Shown one piece after another: positions 54,282 through 58,139 of a stretch of 58,139 nucleotides of DNA. The stretch is from a virus, in IMG/VR virus record IMGVR_UViG_3300045988_055482, positions 1-58,139 of that record. The stretch is one strand, 5' to 3'. Within the stretch, counting starts at the first letter, position 1. The number at the start of each line of letters is the position of its first letter. The position numbers were made by a program, and so were the translations under genes. The notes beneath the pieces were generated by a model. That model searched no databases, had not been told where the DNA came from, and was given only the letters and a program-made list of their open reading frames with translations.

Positions 54282-55275
54282 TATTTTCTCCTCTATGTAA
54301 TTTAACTACACCATTATTATTCACAGTGAATGTTCCACCTGTAACCATTACACCATCTTTATCTAGGTAGTACCAACCATCAGCACCTTTAACCATGTGG
54401 TCAGTCTTCATGTCACCTTTATCTGCATCAAGGTAGTACCATTTGTCATCATCCTTAAGCCAGCCAGTCTTCATAGCTCCACCTTTAAGGAAGTAGTACC
54501 ATTTGCTGTTAATTTTCTTCCAACCATTTTCTACCATAGCTCCATTATCATCTAGATAGTACCATGAGCCATCTGTGTGTTTTAACCACTTGTTAGCATA
54601 CATATAGCCACTACCATCAAAGTAGTACCACACATCATTAATCTTAGACCATTTGTTTTTAGGGTAAGAACCATCTGCATATTGATACCACCATCCTGTG
54701 GAATTTTTCTTCCACCCTTCAGTAATAGTAGTATCTTCAAGCATATCTTGGACTGTGCTTCCCATAGATTGATAATGTTTAATCTTAGCAATAGCATAGT
54801 CTCTAAGACTATTATTAGTTCCTCCATGAAGGGCTAGTGAACGAGCAGGACATGAAGTGCTTGAAAACTCATTGTGGAACTTAATATTTGAGTAGTTAGG
54901 AGTATCTCCATAATATGTCATATCCTCAGCTATTTGTCTAAGTACCATATTCTCATTTGCAAGAAACTCAGCATCCGTAGTACCAAACTGTTGACACACT
55001 TCATAGCCAATAGAGTTCATGTTACCATCATAGTTAGCTGTTGACCAAGAACAATTATAAGTATCTTCTACTCTAGCAATAGTGTATCTATTGATATAAT
55101 AGTGAGCAAATCCCTTATCAGCTTCATCATTATCATATCGTGATTGAAGCCAATCAATGTATTTTTCAGGAGACATTCTTCCTGCATCATTGTGCATGAT
55201 GTAATACTTGGGCTTTTCAGTAGGTCTTCTTCCTGCAATACCTTGGAAGATAGACTTATTTATTATGTTTACCAT
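54274..55275 (-). CDS. Endolysin: N-acetylmuramoyl-L-alanine amidase (Amidase_2) with a choline-binding repeat domain
   Basis: YYIMHNDAG...GYEVCQQ...HNEFSSTSCP, then about 6 repeats of GW.K....WYY(F/L)...G.M. ATG 55275 lies 7 nt after GAGGAG. Confidence 0.85.
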   Translation of the reverse strand: MVNIINKSIFQGIAGRRPTEKPKYYIMHNDAGRMSPEKYIDWLQSRYDNDEADKGFAHYYINRYTIARVEDTYNCSWSTANYDGNMNSIGYEVCQQFGTTDAEFLANENMVLRQIAEDMTYYGDTPNYSNIKFHNEFSSTSCPARSLALHGGTNNSLRDYAIAKIKHYQSMGSTVQDMLEDTTITEGWKKNSTGWWYQYADGSYPKNKWSKINDVWYYFDGSGYMYANKWLKHTDGSWYYLDDNGAMVENGWKKINSKWYYFLKGGAMKTGWLKDDDKWYYLDADKGDMKTDHMVKGADGWYYLDKDGVMVTGGTFTVNNNGVVKLHRGENND

Positions 55276-55603
55276 GTTTACTCTCCTCAATTAGCTTTTC
55301 CTCTAACTTTTTATCAAGACCATGAATATAGTGATTACCTTGAAGTACATCAAAGTATTCTTTCACAATAGGTCTAGTCATTTCCCATTTCTCTTTTGCA
55401 GTAAACTCTGTAGCATTGTAAATCTGTAGGTACTCAGTACGAATACTTGAACGTTTTGTACCTTTAGCCATATCCATCAACTGTGCTCTCTTGTTATTTA
55501 ACATTACTACTCCAAGACCACAAGCTGTTGTAATGAGTAAGGTTAAAGCAGAAAGTATTGATTGGTCTTCTACTAGCTTTAGAATTAATTTCTCAATTCC
55601 CAT
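55256..55603 (-). CDS. Membrane protein, possible second holin
   Basis: One TM segment, ILSALTLLITTACGLGVVML. ATG 55603 follows the upstream stop. Confidence 0.45.
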   Translation of the reverse strand: MGIEKLILKLVEDQSILSALTLLITTACGLGVVMLNNKRAQLMDMAKGTKRSSIRTEYLQIYNATEFTAKEKWEMTRPIVKEYFDVLQGNHYIHGLDKKLEEKLIEESKHGKHNK

Positions 55604-55604
55604 A

Positions 55605-55829
55605 TTATTGTGGAACACCTCCCCTTACTCTAGGAGGTTCTGTCTCACCGTGTAGGAATTTTTTTACTTCTTCACAAGTGATTTCTACAGCATCCTCATC
55701 TCCACTACAACTAGGACATTGACCTTTTAGCATTTCACAAGTTGCCTTAGGAATTGGTGAATAATGTTTATCCCAGTTAATGTACTCTACACCACAGGTT
55801 TTGTCTTCTTCTGCCAATTTATATACCAT
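55605..55829 (-). CDS. Small Cys-containing protein
   Basis: 74 aa. KTCG...ATCEMLKGQCPSCSG...ITCEE. Confidence 0.5.
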   Translation of the reverse strand: MVYKLAEEDKTCGVEYINWDKHYSPIPKATCEMLKGQCPSCSGDEDAVEITCEEVKKFLHGETEPPRVRGGVPQ

Positions 55830-55831
55830 AT

Positions 55832-56908
55832 TTACCTCACATAAACATCAAAAGATGTCTTATCATTTGTAGTGTACACCTTACCTTTAAATCCAAAAGG
55901 TGTATTATAAGTTGCACCTATTACTTCTCCATATGCTTTAGGAGCAGATAACACAATATTACCATCTCCATCAGATAAGAACCCATAGGCATTGTAACCT
56001 AGCCCTAATACCTTAACATTCTTAGGAAAAGAGCTTCCAGATGAGTAAGTCCACTCAAAGTTAGCCTCTTTAATTCTCCCTAGAGAGATAAGCTGAGCTA
56101 ATGAGTAAATCTTCTGTGTACCTGATTGGTCAAGTCCATCAGATGTTTTATCTGGGAATGAATCATAACCATTAGGCGTTTGATACCTCTTCTTATCCTC
56201 TTTCCTAGGTGTAGTAGAATAGTCATCTAGCTTCTTCACACAAGACACAGGTATGTAAGCCACAGAACCATCATATTTATCATATATGAGCCATTCTCCA
56301 TTAATCTTACCTGATACCTTATTACACTTGAAGAAAGTTTCCACAGTTGTACTATCAGAAGGGGATTTAACACCCTCCACCTTATCACAGATGATTTCAA
56401 AGAAATCCCTAGCAATAGTCTTTTCTGTTTCTTTTGCATTACCTACTAGAGCACCATCAGAACTTAAAGGCTCATAATTGTCTTGACTCTTTATACGAAC
56501 AATTCTGTGTATAGTATTACCATAACCATAAATAGCTCTTCTATGTTCAATAACACATTGACCCTGATAGTTTTGTTCAATAATTAAGGCATTAGACAAG
56601 TCTCCACCACCATACACAAATGTATGACCATATACAGTGCCATCTCCTCCACCGGGTTCAGTAGTTGAGAATATATCTCCAACTTTTAGAACCATCCCTG
56701 AGGTATAAGGTATAACATCAGCCCATTGGGAAATATCTCCCCTAGTACCTATTTCATTACCATTACCCCATAACTCAAACCCAAATTGGCTAGAGACATA
56801 TAATACTAAGTCTACACACTGGTATGGGTTATCAGGTGGTTGAGGGTAATTATCATAATCAAGACATTGTCCTACATATTGTTGGGCTATCTTATAAGCA
56901 TTTATCAT
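55832..56908 (-). CDS. CHAP-domain peptidoglycan endopeptidase
   Basis: Catalytic Cys in PYQCVDLVLY, His in VYGHTFVYGG, then IIEQNY. Has a 200-aa C-terminal domain. Confidence 0.75.
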   Translation of the reverse strand: MINAYKIAQQYVGQCLDYDNYPQPPDNPYQCVDLVLYVSSQFGFELWGNGNEIGTRGDISQWADVIPYTSGMVLKVGDIFSTTEPGGGDGTVYGHTFVYGGGDLSNALIIEQNYQGQCVIEHRRAIYGYGNTIHRIVRIKSQDNYEPLSSDGALVGNAKETEKTIARDFFEIICDKVEGVKSPSDSTTVETFFKCNKVSGKINGEWLIYDKYDGSVAYIPVSCVKKLDDYSTTPRKEDKKRYQTPNGYDSFPDKTSDGLDQSGTQKIYSLAQLISLGRIKEANFEWTYSSGSSFPKNVKVLGLGYNAYGFLSDGDGNIVLSAPKAYGEVIGATYNTPFGFKGKVYTTNDKTSFDVYVR

Positions 56909-56919
56909 ATTAATTATAC

Positions 56920-57198
56920 CTAAATTTCATCATCTAGTAAACTCAAACACAAGTAAGTAAGGTATGTGAAGTCATAGAAGAACTCCTCTTTTCCGAGGTA
57001 AATTCTATTAGATTTTCTGTCACAGATAACCTCTTTGTCCTCTACTTGAAGAGCAAAATCAGCAGTGTGGATAAACTCATGAGCACCACCAACATCATTG
57101 CTGTGAATAAGTTGTCTGACAAATTGTTCCACAATGTCCTCAGCAATCATTCTATTCTGCATACGTTGAACAAGGTCTTTTCTAATAACTTTAACCAT
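56920..57198 (-). CDS. Hypothetical protein
   Basis: 92-aa ORF overlapping neighbouring genes. Confidence 0.55.
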   Translation of the reverse strand: MVKVIRKDLVQRMQNRMIAEDIVEQFVRQLIHSNDVGGAHEFIHTADFALQVEDKEVICDRKSNRIYLGKEEFFYDFTYLTYLCLSLLDDEI

Positions 57199-57394
57199 CT
57201 ATCTCCATCTTCCTCTCTACTTCTTTGAGTTTATATTCTAACCAGTATATTTCACTCTTGAGCTTCTCATTAGCAATAATAGACTGATAATCAGTAGGGT
57301 GGTTATCTATGTGCTGTTCTAACTTAAACTGTTTTGATTCTCTGTGAACCTTTCTCAGATAAGTATTCTTATAAGTTCCATATAAGCTCATCAT
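57191..57394 (-). CDS. Hypothetical protein
   Basis: 67-aa ORF, RBS AGGAGG. Confidence 0.55.
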   Translation of the reverse strand: MMSLYGTYKNTYLRKVHRESKQFKLEQHIDNHPTDYQSIIANEKLKSEIYWLEYKLKEVERKMEIDG

Positions 57395-57399
57395 TCCTC

Positions 57400-58139
57400 C
57401 TAGTTAATGTGACTATACTTTAAAAAGTTTCTTAATGTAACTTTAGCTTCTCCTAAAGCATACACAGTGAATACCTTCTCTCCTGCGCTGAATAAGGCAT
57501 CACGCTGAGCATTGTTAAGATACCAAGCACAATACATAAGGTCATAACCCTCTAGGGGTTTATTATTAGGAAATATACCTTCACCACTTGAGTCATCACC
57601 TATCCAGTTACATCCCCATTGTCTTCTAAAGATTCCTGTAAGGTCTATCTCAGAGGTATCTCCTGTATGCTCATTTGTAGCTGATACTACTAAGTGAACA
57701 TCTGTAATAGGGTTTACTCTACCACCATCACACCCCCCTTTATCTTGCTCCACAACAAACTTTAAGAACCATCTCTGGAATCTATCTAGGTCAGATGGAA
57801 CAAGCACACGGAAAGAAGCCGATTTAGAGTTCTTATTAATAGGAACTACAGATTCAGGGTCTCTCTTATCATCTTCCTTAGATGCCTCAGTTCCATCTAG
57901 CACAGTCTTAATGAAGTCCTTATGCTTGTTAGCAAAGTCAATACGTTCTTGTAGCTTATTACCGGGTACACCACCCCAATCGGCTAGGAAACGTGCTGTT
58001 AGCTCAGAAATACCATTACTACTTGTTGCTACCTCTTTGACTACATTATTAAGTCCTTCCTCAGAAAGCATAAACTTAAACTGTGTTCCAAAAGTAAATA
58101 TATTTCTTCTGCCATCTTTCTTAGCAAAGTCGTATAGTG
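57400..58139 (-). CDS. C-terminal part of the junction-spanning tail-associated peptidoglycan hydrolase (see 1..563)
   Basis: The frame stays open upstream of the track ATG at 58071 to the window edge and joins 1..563 in frame. Confidence 0.7.
   Translation of the reverse strand, partial: LYDFAKKDGRRNIFTFGTQFKFMLSEEGLNNVVKEVATSSNGISELTARFLADWGGVPGNKLQERIDFANKHKDFIKTVLDGTEASKEDDKRDPESVVPINKNSKSASFRVLVPSDLDRFQRWFLKFVVEQDKGGCDGGRVNPITDVHLVVSATNEHTGDTSEIDLTGIFRRQWGCNWIGDDSSGEGIFPNNKPLEGYDLMYCAWYLNNAQRDALFSAGEKVFTVYALGEAKVTLRNFLKYSHIN

Overview
This window is a complete, circularly closed genome of about 58.08 kb from a low-GC tailed phage (siphovirus-like). Bases 1-55 repeat exactly at 58085-58139, and one gene reads across that junction.

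The genome has two arms. A minus-strand arm (21834 down through 1, wrapping to 48073) carries a RuvC-like resolvase, a tRNA/HNH cluster, packaging, head, tail, tail-fibre and lysis genes. A plus-strand arm (22244-48045) carries early genes of unknown function and a replication and nucleotide-metabolism module: wHTH initiator, primase-helicase, family-A DNA polymerase, PD-(D/E)XK nuclease, DHFR, dUTPase, Sak4-like ATPase and a methyltransferase. The arms diverge at about 21.84-22.24 kb and converge on a bidirectional terminator at about 48.05 kb.

A choline-binding-repeat amidase and a Dp-1-type holin point to a Streptococcus pneumoniae/mitis-group host. I saw no integrase, so the phage is probably virulent.

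Observations worth a second look:
- A canonical-length tRNA gene whose anticodon loop is replaced by a 795-bp insert carrying an HNH endonuclease gene and a tRNA-Cys.
- A DNA polymerase gene interrupted by both a small ORF-less group-I-like intron and a LAGLIDADG intein.
- A consensus promoter followed after about 75 nt by a strong terminator at the head of the late arm, resembling lambda PR'-tR'.
- A duplicated promoter/operator cassette in inverted orientation flanking the 7.4-kb early module.
- Apparent absence of GATC in about 10.7 kb read by eye.
- Unusually cysteine-rich virion proteins, including a shared N-terminal Cys module in four of five consecutive Cys-rich distal genes, alongside a phage-encoded tRNA-Cys.

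All functional calls come from motifs read in the supplied translations and from gene order. No database search was run.
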